Shown here: positions 1 through 11,449 of the stretch, in pieces | How the letters are laid out: every line of letters starts with the position of its first letter | Position numbering within the stretch: the stretch's first letter is position 1 | NCBI GenBank assembly: GCA_965277805.1 | Contig: OZ255842.1 | Location: forward strand, 4,384,001 to 4,448,000 | From: Candidatus Lustribacter sp. | Lineage (GTDB): Bacteria; Vulcanimicrobiota; Vulcanimicrobiia; Vulcanimicrobiales; Vulcanimicrobiaceae | Direction of reading: 5' to 3' | DNA length: 64,000 bases | Position numbers and translations under genes: made by a program | The notes under the pieces: generated by a model | Seen by the model: only the letters and a program-made list of their open reading frames with translations | The model's database searches: none | Told to the model about the DNA's origin: nothing

Positions 1-339
1 TACGATTGGCAGATCCTGCACAGCGAGTCGCTGGCTGAATTGGATGCTCGCTACAACCTCCGCACGAACGACGGACACCTCATCTACGTGCGCGCCAGCG
101 GTCGCCGCTATGCATCGCCGGAGATTTTGCAAAAGCTGATGCGCGGAGAACCGGCCCGTCGCGGTCCGAATTATTACGGCGTTTCCACGCCGCTCATCGA
201 GACCGGCGATCCGGATCTGCAATGGATGAACTATCACGCGTTCATCGGCAACTCGCGAAGCGAGCCGTCGTTTCAGAACATCCGCTTCTTCACGGTAGAT
301 TACAACGACGAACCCGACTCCGGAACGGCAACATCATGA
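1..339 (+). CDS. DUF3237 (UPF0311) family protein, 5' end outside window
   Basis: Frame open from base 1: YDWQ..ELDARYNLRTNDGHLIYV..G.R..ETGDPDLQWMN...FIG matches the DUF3237 pattern; stop overlaps next ATG (ATGA). Confidence 0.8.
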   Translation, partial: YDWQILHSESLAELDARYNLRTNDGHLIYVRASGRRYASPEILQKLMRGEPARRGPNYYGVSTPLIETGDPDLQWMNYHAFIGNSRSEPSFQNIRFFTVDYNDEPDSGTATS

Positions 340-1007
340 TGCAACACGACGCCGATCTGGCTTCATTGCGGAAATATCTCGAAGATCGCGGTTTTGCGCA
401 AAACGACCGGTTGCCGCCGGAACGCGAGCTCGCCGACAAGCTCGGGTTGACGCGTAACCGCGTTCGGGGCGGATTGCGCAAGCTCGAGTCGGAGGGACTC
501 ATTTGGCGCCACGTGGGCCAAGGCACCTATTTCGGTCCGCGCCTTTCGCCGCTGGTCAACCGTCGCGCACTCGAGACGTTGGCGGAGATGACCTATCCGC
601 GCGAAGTCATGGATGCGCGCCTAGCATTTGAGCCCGAACTTGCGCGCCTCGCCGCGCTGCGCGCAACCGGTTTGGACTTCAGCGCACTCGACGGCTGCTT
701 AGAACGCATGCGCACGACCACGGACTGGTCGGTATGGGCCCTTTGCGATGCCCAATTTCACCGGCTGATGGCCGTCGCTGCAGGTAATACCCTGATGCTG
801 GCGATGTTCGATACGATGCAGGCGGGACGCAATAAACAAGTGTGGGGCCGCTTGGGTACGAGCAAGATCCGCGATTCGCGGCGCGGTGAAATTCTCGCCG
901 AACATGGCGCGATCGCTGCGGCTCTCCGCGACCGCGATCCCGAAGGCGCCGCCGCTGCAGTCCGTGCGCACCTGACAATTGCGCGGAAGAATATTCTCCA
1001 CGAATGA
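336..1007 (+). CDS. GntR/FadR-family transcriptional regulator (FCD domain)
   Basis: N-terminal RLPPERELADKLGLTRNRVRGGLRKLESEGLI..GQGTY wHTH; C-terminal D..FH..A.GN..EH..I..A FCD pattern. Start set at ATG 336 (ATGA overlap). Confidence 0.92.
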   Translation: MMQHDADLASLRKYLEDRGFAQNDRLPPERELADKLGLTRNRVRGGLRKLESEGLIWRHVGQGTYFGPRLSPLVNRRALETLAEMTYPREVMDARLAFEPELARLAALRATGLDFSALDGCLERMRTTTDWSVWALCDAQFHRLMAVAAGNTLMLAMFDTMQAGRNKQVWGRLGTSKIRDSRRGEILAEHGAIAAALRDRDPEGAAAAVRAHLTIARKNILHE

Positions 1008-1945
1008 AGCTAGCACTGTACGAACACGGCGGCGAAACGCGCCCGGGAATCATCAGCGACCGCGGCATCGTCGACGTCTCTTCGGCGGTAACGATCGCGT
1101 ACACGCCGCAGCTCACGATGGTCGGCATCATCGATGCCTTCGGCGACCTGCGGAGCGAACTGGAATCGCTCGAGCGATCGGGCAGCGCAACGCCGCTTGA
1201 CGCCGTTCGCCTGCGCCCGCCCTTGCCTCGGCCGGGCAAAATTCTCGCCTGCATCGCCAACTACTGGGAACATGCGCAGCGCGAGGCTCGTCCGCTCAAC
1301 ATGTTCATGAAAAATCCCGACGCCGTCGTCGGGCCGGGCGACACGATTGCGCTCCCCGATTTCACCGAACCGTGGATGTTCATGCACGAGGCCGAGCTGG
1401 CAATCGTTATCAAAGGCCCTGCGAAGATGGTGAAGGCGGAAAACTGGCGCGATGCGGTTTTCGGGTATACATCGATGATCGACGTATCCGCTCGTGGCGA
1501 CGGCCGGCGCACGTGGCCGGCAAACCCGATCATGAGCTGGCTTGGGAAATCGTTCGATACGTTCGCGCCGATTGGGCCGTGTATTACGACGGCGGATGAG
1601 ATCCCGGATCCGAACGATTTGATCGTCCGCTTCTGGAACGACGGTCAATTGCGCCACAATTACAGCACCAGCGACATGGAACATCACGTGCCTGAACTGA
1701 TCGCTTTTGCGACGACCGTGATGACGATGAACTCCGGCGATCTCATCGCTTGCGGGACCAACCATGAAGGGTTGGGCGCCGTTCAAGACGGCGAGACGGT
1801 CGAAATCGAAATCGAACGGATCGGCCGCATGTCATTGACCGTTACCGATCCGCTAAAACGAACGTGGGAGCGAGGAATCTACATGGGAGTCGACTCGACC
1901 AATCCCGAGGCAGTTAAACGCCATCGTCCGAGCGCGGCATCGTGA
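1004..1945 (+). CDS. Fumarylacetoacetate hydrolase family protein
   Basis: PGKILACIANY, HEAELAIVI, DVSAR, GKSFDTFAPIGP, GDLIACGT motifs. Confidence 0.92.
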   Translation: MKLALYEHGGETRPGIISDRGIVDVSSAVTIAYTPQLTMVGIIDAFGDLRSELESLERSGSATPLDAVRLRPPLPRPGKILACIANYWEHAQREARPLNMFMKNPDAVVGPGDTIALPDFTEPWMFMHEAELAIVIKGPAKMVKAENWRDAVFGYTSMIDVSARGDGRRTWPANPIMSWLGKSFDTFAPIGPCITTADEIPDPNDLIVRFWNDGQLRHNYSTSDMEHHVPELIAFATTVMTMNSGDLIACGTNHEGLGAVQDGETVEIEIERIGRMSLTVTDPLKRTWERGIYMGVDSTNPEAVKRHRPSAAS

Positions 1946-2799
1946 ACGTCGTTCGCCTGGAATCCTTGACCTACGGCGTGGACGATCTCGACGCCGCCAA
2001 ACGCTATTACGACGACTGGGGCTTGATCGTCGCTGAAGAGGGCCGCCACGGGGTGGACTATCGCTTGGATTCGGGTCAAACGATCCGCCTGCGTGAGTCC
2101 GGCGATCCGACGCTTCCGAAAGCAATTGAGGGCGGTTCGACGGTACGCGAGGTGACGTGGGGCGTAGCGGATGCTGCGTCGCTGGACGCCATCGGCGCCG
2201 CGTTGAGTACCGACCGCGATCCCGAGAGTTCGAATGGAACCGTGAGTACGCGGGACCCGTGGGACATGGGGATCGCCTTTCGCATCGCCGCGCCGGGTCT
2301 GGCCGCGCCTGTGCGTTCGGAACGTCCGCGCAATCAGGCGTTCGCGGTCGCACCGCGCATTCGCCCTTGGCGTATCGGGCATGTCGTCCTGAACGTCCCC
2401 GAAGCGAAGATGCAAGCAACCTCGGAATTCTATCTCGACCGGCTGCAATTCCGGCTGTCGGAGCGGGTGAACCGATTCGGTGATTTCATTCGCTGCGCCG
2501 GTTCCACCGATCACCACAATCTTTTTCTCTTGCAGAAGCCCGAGGGCGGCCTCAACCATGTTGCGTTCGAGGTCGCTAATTTCGACGAAATCGTCATGGG
2601 CGGGAAATTCATGCAAGCGAAAGGCTGGGAGCCCGCAACGTCGCTCGGACGGCACGTGATGGGTTCGAATCTTTTCTGGTATTTCAAAAATCCGGGCGGC
2701 GGGTTAGCCGAGTATTTCTCCGACATGGACGTGGTGGACGATGGCTGGCAGCCACCGATTTGGGACACGAATCCGGGCTTCTCACTCTGGATGACGTAG
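1942..2799 (+). CDS. VOC-family two-domain protein, extradiol dioxygenase-like
   Basis: RIGHVVL, DHHNLFL, LNHVAFEV, LGRHVMGSNLFWYFKNPGGGLAEYFSDMD. Confidence 0.85.
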   Translation: MNVVRLESLTYGVDDLDAAKRYYDDWGLIVAEEGRHGVDYRLDSGQTIRLRESGDPTLPKAIEGGSTVREVTWGVADAASLDAIGAALSTDRDPESSNGTVSTRDPWDMGIAFRIAAPGLAAPVRSERPRNQAFAVAPRIRPWRIGHVVLNVPEAKMQATSEFYLDRLQFRLSERVNRFGDFIRCAGSTDHHNLFLLQKPEGGLNHVAFEVANFDEIVMGGKFMQAKGWEPATSLGRHVMGSNLFWYFKNPGGGLAEYFSDMDVVDDGWQPPIWDTNPGFSLWMT

Positions 2800-2816
2800 G
2801 CGAAAGGGCTCTGCTC

Positions 2817-3779
2817 ATGTCTGCAAATAATGCGCTCTCGCGCGGGCTCTTTCTCGCGTCGGGCGTCGCGGCGCTCGCTGCGCCGGCCGCGGCTGCGAAT
2901 GGACCGCTAACAACGATTCGCCTCGCCGGCACGACCGATCCCGATGTCGTGGCCGTCATCTGGGGTGCGCGTAACGGGATCTTCCAGAAGCGAGGACTCG
3001 ACGTCCAAGTGCAGCGCTTCAACAACGGTGCTGCCGTGTCGGCGGCCGTGGTCGGCGGTTCGATCGACATCGGTAAAGCGAACATCTTCAGCTTGATGAC
3101 GGCGCATCTGCGGAACATTCCGTTCGTCATCGAGTCGGTCGCTGCGATCTACTCTTCGGATAGCCCGATCGTCGGTTTCGTCGTCGCGAAGAACTCGACG
3201 TTGACGGGAGGTGCGGGCCTCAACGGCAAGACCATTGCAACCGCCGCGCTGGGTGACATCTTTTCCCAGGTAACGTCCGTGTGGATCGATCAAAACGGCG
3301 GCGACTCAAAGACGGTCAAATTCATCGAGCTGCCGTCGAGCGCCACGCCGGCCGCGATTTCCGCCGGCCGCGTCGACGCCGGAATTATGGTCGACCCGCT
3401 TTTGGCCGAAGCCGTTCGCAGTCAGAACTGCAAGGTGATCGGCCGCCCGTACGACGTCGTTGCAAAGCGTTTCGGTACCGCGTTCTACTTCTGCATGCAA
3501 GACTACGCGGCAAAGAACGCCGACGTGCTGATGCGCTTTCGCGCCGGCTTGGACGAGGCCACGAAATACGCCCTCGCGCACAAGCGCGAGATGGTTCCGA
3601 TCATGGCAGACTACACGGGCATGGAGCAAAAGCTGCTCGAGGATCTCCCGCTGGTCATCGGCTCCGGCGTGGTTCTCGACGAGATTCAGCCCGTCATCAA
3701 CTTTGCGTCTCGTAACAAATTGATCCGGAGCGCCTTCCCGGCGTCTGAGATCATCGATCCTTCGGCACTCCGGGCTTAG
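2817..3779 (+). CDS. SsuA/NMT1-type ABC solute-binding protein
   Basis: Signal-peptide-like N-terminus (LSRGLFL..AAA); NGAAVSAAVVGGSIDIG, LNGKTIA, GRVDA motifs. Confidence 0.88.
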   Translation: MSANNALSRGLFLASGVAALAAPAAAANGPLTTIRLAGTTDPDVVAVIWGARNGIFQKRGLDVQVQRFNNGAAVSAAVVGGSIDIGKANIFSLMTAHLRNIPFVIESVAAIYSSDSPIVGFVVAKNSTLTGGAGLNGKTIATAALGDIFSQVTSVWIDQNGGDSKTVKFIELPSSATPAAISAGRVDAGIMVDPLLAEAVRSQNCKVIGRPYDVVAKRFGTAFYFCMQDYAAKNADVLMRFRAGLDEATKYALAHKREMVPIMADYTGMEQKLLEDLPLVIGSGVVLDEIQPVINFASRNKLIRSAFPASEIIDPSALRA

Positions 3780-3790
3780 AAAGCGTACTC

Positions 3791-4731
3791 ATGCGTCGCA
3801 CTTCGTTTCTCACATCGACGGCCGCCGCTGCCCTAACCATGCTCGGAGCGCCGGCCTTGGCCGACGTTCCCACACCGGCGTCGATCGCCGTCGCGCCGTT
3901 GGCCGGCCCTGATGTCGCGGGTCTCTACTACGCGCTCCAGCAAGGCTGGTTCAAACAGGCCGGCCTCGACGTCGTCAATCAGCCGGTTCCCAATGGCGGC
4001 GCCGGGATGTCCGCGCTTGTTGGCGGCACGGTCCAGATCGCATACACGAACGTGTTGTCGCTCTGTGTTGCGCACCAAAAGGGCATTCCCGTCGTGCTCG
4101 TGGCTCCGGGCGCCGGCTACCACTCGGCGACGGCGGTCGCGCGGCTGCTCGTACCCGGCGATTCACCGGTGAAGACGGTCAAAGATCTCGACGGGAAAGT
4201 GATCGCGGTCCCGTTGCTCGGCGATATCAACACGATCGGCGTCGACGGACTGCTCGACCAAGTGGGCGTGAATCGGAGCAACGTCAAGTTTACCGAAATT
4301 CCGCCGCCGAATATGCCTTCGGCGTTGGCGGCGAAGCGGGTCGATGCGATTTCGATTTACGAACCCTTCGTCAGCGCCGCGATAGCGCAGGGCGCGCGTG
4401 CGATTGCCAAGCCCTACGATTCAGTTGCCCTCGACTTTACGATCGCCGCGTGGGTTGCCTATGGTCCGTGGGCTGCGGCGCATCGCAGTGAAGTTCTGCG
4501 ATTTGCTTCGACGCTCAATCGCGGCTCGCAGTATGCGAACGCGCACTATCAAGACCTGATACCGATGATTTCCGGCTTCTCGAAAATGGAACCCGACACG
4601 TTGAACAAGATGGCGTATCCGACGGTCGCTCCGAACCTTTCGATCGCGTTGATTCAGCCGGTCATCGACGCGGCAGCAAAATACGGCGCGATCCCGGCGG
4701 CTTTTGCCGCCAAGGATTTTCTGTTCGCCGG

Positions 4732-4735
<4 letters not shown>
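3791..4735 (+). CDS. SsuA/NMT1-type ABC solute-binding protein (Tat-like signal)
   Basis: MRRTSFL leader; DLDGKVIAV, KRVDAISIYEPF, IQPVIDAAAKYG. Confidence 0.9.
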
Positions 4736-6087
<1,352 letters not shown>

Positions 6088-6162
6088 GTCATTGTCGCAC
6101 GTTTGCTTGCTTCCGTCAACGCGCGAAGTCGCAGCTGGGTGACGGTTCTCCCGCCGGAATGC

Positions 6163-7230
6163 CTAAATGAAGGTATGGGGCCAGGTCGGGATTGCTGCCC
6201 ATCCGCCGTCGACTGTTGCAGTAATGCATCCTGGCGTCATACGAGCTCGGAACTCATATTGCGCGGACTCGTTGTCGAACAGTTCGTCAACGGTTAGCGT
6301 TCGCGCAACTAAGCCTTGCTCGTACGCGTAACCGAGAAAACGCCCCAGCACCGGGCGATTCGCTTCAACCCCGTACGGCCATGGGTCGTCACCCCAAATC
6401 TCCACGGTTTCATCGAGATATCTCCTCATGAACGGCAAACTCGTCATGCGCTCGTCCTGAAGGATGCGATACGCGTACTCCTTGGATTCATCGAATGCGC
6501 TGCAGAGATCCGCCGCGAGGCCTGCCCGTCGCTCGATCGAGGCCCGCCGGACGACGATCACATGCAAAATTGGGAAGAACCCGGTGCGTGCGACGCTTTC
6601 CCGATCGCGCTCGTGCGCATCGGTTGCGACGCGAACCACCTTGCCGGCGTCGTAGGGCAAAACCATCGCGGTCCGCGCAGTCATCAGGGCGTCGACCGTC
6701 CCATCGAGCAAGCGCTCCAGGCCGAGGTACGAAGCCCGGCAGTAGGCGACGCGTACGCCGGGTGGGTAACTCGTGTCCGCCCTGGCGGGAGTAGCACTGA
6801 ACCACTCGATCTCATGTGGTTCGATGCCGCATTCTTCTTTGAGGAGTGCCCTATGCCAGAACGCCGGCGTACCGAAGTAGGATGGCGCACTCATCACGCG
6901 CCGCCCGCGAAGATCAGCCAGATTCTTGATCCCGGTGTCCGGCCGCGTATAAATGTAAGGACGTTGGAAGAGGCGATCGCTGAAAACGGGTATTGCCGTC
7001 ACGTCGCGCCGGTTGAACTTCCAGGCAACATACTGAACGAGCGGAATGTCGGCCGCGTCAAACGCTCCGCTCATCAGACCATCGGCAGCCGTCGGGCCGC
7101 CGGGCACGTTCACGAAGGTCATATTTTCGCGGCGCACGCGGCCATCGAGCAGCGCCGCGGTTCGATCGAACTTCAATGCGGCCACAGTTACAGCAGGCAG
7201 CGCTGTTGAGGTAAGCCATGGCTGGTCCAC
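6163..7230 (-). CDS. 4,5-dihydroxyphthalate decarboxylase-like protein (PhtD/OphC-like, SBP fold)
   Basis: FDRTAALLDGRV, AIPVF..R.F, DLRGRRV, TGFFPILHVIVVR, DPWPYGVEANR..L..F. Start GTG 7230 is an estimate. Confidence 0.8.
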   Translation of the reverse strand: MDQPWLTSTALPAVTVAALKFDRTAALLDGRVRRENMTFVNVPGGPTAADGLMSGAFDAADIPLVQYVAWKFNRRDVTAIPVFSDRLFQRPYIYTRPDTGIKNLADLRGRRVMSAPSYFGTPAFWHRALLKEECGIEPHEIEWFSATPARADTSYPPGVRVAYCRASYLGLERLLDGTVDALMTARTAMVLPYDAGKVVRVATDAHERDRESVARTGFFPILHVIVVRRASIERRAGLAADLCSAFDESKEYAYRILQDERMTSLPFMRRYLDETVEIWGDDPWPYGVEANRPVLGRFLGYAYEQGLVARTLTVDELFDNESAQYEFRARMTPGCITATVDGGWAAIPTWPHTFI

Positions 7231-7287
7231 CAGCCGGTCTTCTGCCAATACCGGGGATGGGGCCTGGAGGGTTTGCCGGCGCAAGCC

Positions 7288-7302
7288 ATACCGTCATGGT
7301 AT
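7288..7302. promoter_or_regulatory. LysR-type box ATAC-N7-GTAT in divergent promoter
   Basis: ATACcgtcatgGTAT between divergent genes; TACAAT -10-like hexamer at 7338-7343. Confidence 0.6.
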
Positions 7303-7380
7303 AGACGAACGGCGGGGACGGCGGTGCGCCCCGAACATACAATACTTGCCAGCGCGTACGAGCGGCGAACAGGAGCAGCA

Positions 7381-8151
7381 GTGGACGCAAAACTCGACAC
7401 CGCGATTCGCGAAGTCGTTATCGCTAACCGGATACTCGCGCATGAGAACATCGTTGATGCATCTGGGCATGTGAGCGCGCGCCACCCCCTGTATCCTGAC
7501 CGTTTTCTGATCTCCTGGTCGAGAAGCCCTGAACACGTGACGCGCGAAGACATCATGGAATGCGCGCTTGACGGCACGCCATTGAACGGGGACACGCGTC
7601 CGCCATACAAAGAGCGGTTTATTCACGGCGCAATCTACGAAATGCGGCCGGAAGTCAACGCCGTCGTGCACGCGCACCCGGAGGAGGTCTTGCCCTTCAG
7701 CGTGACCGACGAGCCGCTACGAGCGTTGATCTCTTCAGCGAGCATGATCGGCACTGAAGTTCCAGTATGGGACATTGCCGATAAATTTGGCGACGAAACC
7801 AGCCTGCTGGTCGAGAACATCGAACAAGGACGCGATCTCGCAAAATCCTTGGGAAAAAATGGGCTGACGCTGATGGCCGCGCATGGAATCGCGGCCGGCT
7901 GTCCGACGATGATCGAAGTCGTTCGTCTAGCCGTTTATGCCACCCGAAACGCTCGCGTTCAGTTAGCAGCTCTCCAGATTGGAAAGAAGATCCGTTTTCT
8001 CTCCGCGGGCGAAGTCAACGTGCGCGGAGCCGGCGGCTACTTCGCCGCCGACTCGCACGGCATCTATCGAGCCTGGGAGCACTGGGCGTTGAGGGCCGGA
8101 TGCGGCGATCTACTTCCGAAGCGCGATGAAGCGACGATGCGAACCCATTAA
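7381..8151 (+). CDS. Class II aldolase/adducin family protein (possible pyridine-carboxylate decarboxylase type)
   Basis: AGGAG before GTG 7381; ANRILA..GHVSARHP, ERFIHGAIY..RPEVNAVVHAH, LMAAHG. Confidence 0.88.
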   Translation: MDAKLDTAIREVVIANRILAHENIVDASGHVSARHPLYPDRFLISWSRSPEHVTREDIMECALDGTPLNGDTRPPYKERFIHGAIYEMRPEVNAVVHAHPEEVLPFSVTDEPLRALISSASMIGTEVPVWDIADKFGDETSLLVENIEQGRDLAKSLGKNGLTLMAAHGIAAGCPTMIEVVRLAVYATRNARVQLAALQIGKKIRFLSAGEVNVRGAGGYFAADSHGIYRAWEHWALRAGCGDLLPKRDEATMRTH

Positions 8152-9101
8152 GCGATACCGGGCGCGAAAACATCGCTAACGCGAAACGCGGACTTGATGA
8201 CGCCAAACCTTGCGGTGGCATCGACAACGGGTTGAAAATCTGACGCTCGCATATGCAGCGGATAGAAACACCGGTGCATTCCGGCCGGCAAAGTTGTCTT
8301 ACCGTATTTTTCGAGAATCTTCGCCGTGAGCGGCCGGTTCTTGTTTGCCCAATCGGCCGTCAACGCAAGCGCTTCGCTGAATTTCTTAACGACGTCCGAA
8401 TTGGCTCGCGCATAATCGGCCGAACATACCCACGCAGCTTCACAGAACTGGGTCGACAGCGCGTCGTAGCCGTTCGCCAAGAGGCGTCCGTTGCTTGCCA
8501 ACGTTTGGCTGAGCACCGGCTCCTCGATGCAGGCCGCATCGATCCGCCCGGAAAGCAGAGCCGCATCCATTGCCGAGTAGGGAAGCTCGACGTATTTGAT
8601 GCTGTCAATGTTGGCGCCGCTCTTTTGGAGCCATGAGTGCAATGCGATGTCTGCGAGTTGCTTGAGGAGTGAAACAGCTACCGTTTTCCCTTCGAGGTCC
8701 TTAGCGGTCCGAATCGCCGACGTCTTCGCGACCACCATGGCTGCGGTCGGCGATTGGCTGGAATACGCACCTGCGGGCGATACCCACACAAACGGGATAC
8801 CGTTTTCGTGTGCGCTCGAAAGTGCAACAATATTGATGCAACCGAATTCAAGAGTACCGGAAACGATGGCTGCCGCTGCCGCAGCTCCGTTTGCGATGGT
8901 CGCGAGCTCGGCATTGAGTCCGACCTTATTGAAGAAGCCGCCATCCTGAGCGTAGAAACCCGCGGCCGTGATGTCCAATGAGCCACCGGCTATACGCACT
9001 GGTTGGGACGTTTGTGCGCCGGCGGGGCTCGCAGTTGCGAGTCCGAGAAGCGCAGGTGCTGTTAGGAGCTTGAGCGCGTTACCACGTGTCAGGCGTTCCA
9101 A
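8148..9101 (-). CDS. SsuA/NMT1-type ABC solute-binding protein
   Basis: GAGGAGG upstream of TTG; NGAAAAAAIVSG, DLEGKTVAV, GRIDAACIEEP. Confidence 0.88.
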   Translation of the reverse strand: MERLTRGNALKLLTAPALLGLATASPAGAQTSQPVRIAGGSLDITAAGFYAQDGGFFNKVGLNAELATIANGAAAAAAIVSGTLEFGCINIVALSSAHENGIPFVWVSPAGAYSSQSPTAAMVVAKTSAIRTAKDLEGKTVAVSLLKQLADIALHSWLQKSGANIDSIKYVELPYSAMDAALLSGRIDAACIEEPVLSQTLASNGRLLANGYDALSTQFCEAAWVCSADYARANSDVVKKFSEALALTADWANKNRPLTAKILEKYGKTTLPAGMHRCFYPLHMRASDFQPVVDATARFGVIKSAFRVSDVFAPGIA

Positions 9102-9131
9102 CCGGGATGACCTCCTCTGTGATGCGTTATG

Positions 9132-10340
9132 TTAAACGGGTTGTGGCTCTGGCGGGTGTTCGTTGCGGAGCTGCGAGTTGTACATCGCTTCCCACTCTTC
9201 ACCTCGCGAAATGCTCAGCGCGTTCAAGTCGTAGGTCCACGAGCTCAGTGTTTTGCCGCCGCGCAGCGCGCGTAATTCACGCTGCCAAATCTTGCGAATC
9301 AAGATGACCGCGCGATCGCTCTGGCCGAGGCGCTCTGCTGCCGGCGGCGCGAACGCCTGGGCAACGTCGTCTTGAAGGCGCACCCAATCGACAGTTTCAG
9401 GGTCGATCTGATCCAGATACAGCTCACCGGCCAGGATCTTCTTTACGAATTCGCGGTTCGGTCCGACGCGCTTCGCTAAACGCGCTTTACGCCGCTCCTT
9501 GTATTCGGCTGCCTTATCTGCCGGCAGGCGAACTGCCGCCACGGTGAATTGCCAATGGCTTTCGTCATCGATCGGAACCCACCACGCCATAAACTCGCGG
9601 AAGATCGCGATCGTCGGATCGGTGGGCTGGGCCTTATGGTGGAAAATGTTGGGCATTCCAATTTGCGACTGTTGTTTGCGGTCGCGCCAGCGTGCCGAAA
9701 CGGTTATGCCCCAGCAGCTCTCTTCGGCCGAAATGACCGGGCTTTCGACGAAGCCGTCAAACGAGCCAGGATTGTTCTGATGCACGAACCCTGAGTGCGT
9801 CAAGTCACCTGCGTTCTCGAGATTATTAAAGTAATTGCAGTCGCGAACATAGCTGTCGCATTCGAGGAATCCCTCGAAGTCTTCTAGATTCGGATAGCGT
9901 GGGAAGGCGGGCGGTGCGCCTTCACCGAGATATGCGAATACGAGACCGAGATAATCGCGACAGGGATATGAGCGAATCGAAACTTTGTCGCAAAAGTTCT
10001 GCGGTTCTGCCGGTTGATCCGTACACTGACCGGTCCCGTCAAACTTCCATCCGTGGTAGAAACAGCGAATCTCGCTCGCTTCGACGATCCCGATCGACAT
10101 ACGCGCTCCGCGGTGCGGGCAAACAGCATCGACGAGATAGGGGTCGCCGTTGCTGCCGCGATAGAGGGCGTAATCGCAACCCATGATCTTTATCGGCTTT
10201 ACGCGATTCGCCGGAAGATCGTCGCTGTGAAATACCGGCTGCCAGAACGATCGCAGGTACCGCCCCCCTAAAGTGCCCGGGCCAGTCTCATGAAAGTTGA
10301 CGTCCTTCTTGGTGGCCGGACCTTGACGTACTGTTGGCAT
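9132..10340 (-). CDS. Rieske non-heme iron oxygenase alpha subunit (phthalate 4,5-dioxygenase-like)
   Basis: GPGTLGGRYLRSFWQP; Rieske CPH..CFYHGW; mononuclear Fe site ENAGDLTHSGFVH and QD; LGQSDRAVILIR. Confidence 0.93.
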   Translation of the reverse strand: MPTVRQGPATKKDVNFHETGPGTLGGRYLRSFWQPVFHSDDLPANRVKPIKIMGCDYALYRGSNGDPYLVDAVCPHRGARMSIGIVEASEIRCFYHGWKFDGTGQCTDQPAEPQNFCDKVSIRSYPCRDYLGLVFAYLGEGAPPAFPRYPNLEDFEGFLECDSYVRDCNYFNNLENAGDLTHSGFVHQNNPGSFDGFVESPVISAEESCWGITVSARWRDRKQQSQIGMPNIFHHKAQPTDPTIAIFREFMAWWVPIDDESHWQFTVAAVRLPADKAAEYKERRKARLAKRVGPNREFVKKILAGELYLDQIDPETVDWVRLQDDVAQAFAPPAAERLGQSDRAVILIRKIWQRELRALRGGKTLSSWTYDLNALSISRGEEWEAMYNSQLRNEHPPEPQPV

Positions 10341-10392
10341 GAAGCCCTGATCCTGTTCGCGGCGTCCCGACGCCTGGCGAACACGGGCAACT

Positions 10393-10407
10393 ATACTGCA
10401 TCGGCAT
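10393..10407. promoter_or_regulatory. LysR-type box ATAC-N7-GCAT between Rieske gene and lysR
   Basis: ATACtgcatcgGCAT (T-N11-A) in the divergent intergenic region next to the LysR gene. Confidence 0.55.
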
Positions 10408-10495
10408 GGAAGGCGCTCCCCAATTGAATGGGAACCCGCGCCGTCCGCAAGTACGGCGGAGCCTTGGGCGACAGGGAGAATAAACCGCCTTAATC

Positions 10496-11449
10496 GTGCA
10501 GTCGCTCTTTAGTCTCCGCGATCTGGAATGCTTCATGGCCGTCGTGGAGCACAAGACGTTCAGCCGCGCGGCAAAGAGCCTCCACCTTGCCCAACCACCT
10601 TTGAGCCGGCGGATCGCGGAGCTGGAACGAGCGCTCGGCGCGCATCTCTTCATTCGTGGCGCACGGCAAGCCCAGCTTACCGACGCGGGTGTGGCTTTGG
10701 CGCGCGAGGCGCGCATCGTTCTCGAGCAGGCGAAGCTCGCCGAATCGATCGTTCGTGACGCCATTCAAGGAAAGACGGGACACGTCCGCGTCGGCTACGC
10801 TAGCCAAAGTGCATTTGCAGCCGTCCCGCCCGCCGCGCAGCTCTTCCGAAAGATGCATCCGCGCGCAACTCTAAAATTCGTTCGTTTCTTTATCGCGCAT
10901 CTGAACGACGCGCTGCGTTCAGGCGCGATCGATATCGGCCTCATCAATGGCTGGTTTGAAGCGGAAAATTTTCGTGCTGACTGCCTTGAAATCGATCGGC
11001 TCGTCATCGCGTTGCCGGAGAATCATCCGTTAGCGCAGCAAAGCGTTGTCGCGATCGCCGACCTTGCCGATGAACCGTTCATCGAATTCCCACGCTTTGG
11101 TCCGACTGGAATTCACGATCTCGTCCGAAGCGTGACAGCCCGTGCTGGATTTACACCGAAAGTCTCGCACGAAGTCGAAGGCCACAACGTGGTCACCGCA
11201 TGCGTTGCGGCCGGTCTAGGAGTTGCGCTCGTGAATGAAGCTGCCTGTCGGCACGCGATCGGCGGCGTGGTGTTCCGCGAGATTTCGCCGCCCTCGCCCG
11301 AAGTTCGAATGACCGCGCTATCGCGTCATGACGAACTGAATCCGCTCGTTTTGTCGTTTATCGATCAACTGAAAATCGTCTGTGCCGATCGCCAAGCGAC
11401 TTCGCTTGGGACTAACGGGTCGCGAGTTTCTTCCCGCCCGGGCGCGTAA
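10496..11449 (+). CDS. LysR-family transcriptional regulator (BenM/CatM/HcaR-like)
   Basis: F.AVVEHKTFSRAAKSLHLAQPPLSRRIAELE..LG..LF.R..LTDAG; C-terminal CVAAGLGVALV. Confidence 0.95.
   Translation: MQSLFSLRDLECFMAVVEHKTFSRAAKSLHLAQPPLSRRIAELERALGAHLFIRGARQAQLTDAGVALAREARIVLEQAKLAESIVRDAIQGKTGHVRVGYASQSAFAAVPPAAQLFRKMHPRATLKFVRFFIAHLNDALRSGAIDIGLINGWFEAENFRADCLEIDRLVIALPENHPLAQQSVVAIADLADEPFIEFPRFGPTGIHDLVRSVTARAGFTPKVSHEVEGHNVVTACVAAGLGVALVNEAACRHAIGGVVFREISPPSPEVRMTALSRHDELNPLVLSFIDQLKIVCADRQATSLGTNGSRVSSRPGA

Noticed and set aside
10353-10460. GC-rich hairpins between the Rieske gene and lysR as a possible riboswitch or sRNA
   Set aside because: No recognisable riboswitch consensus or U-tract; such hairpins are common in GC-rich DNA. 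An Rfam scan would settle it.
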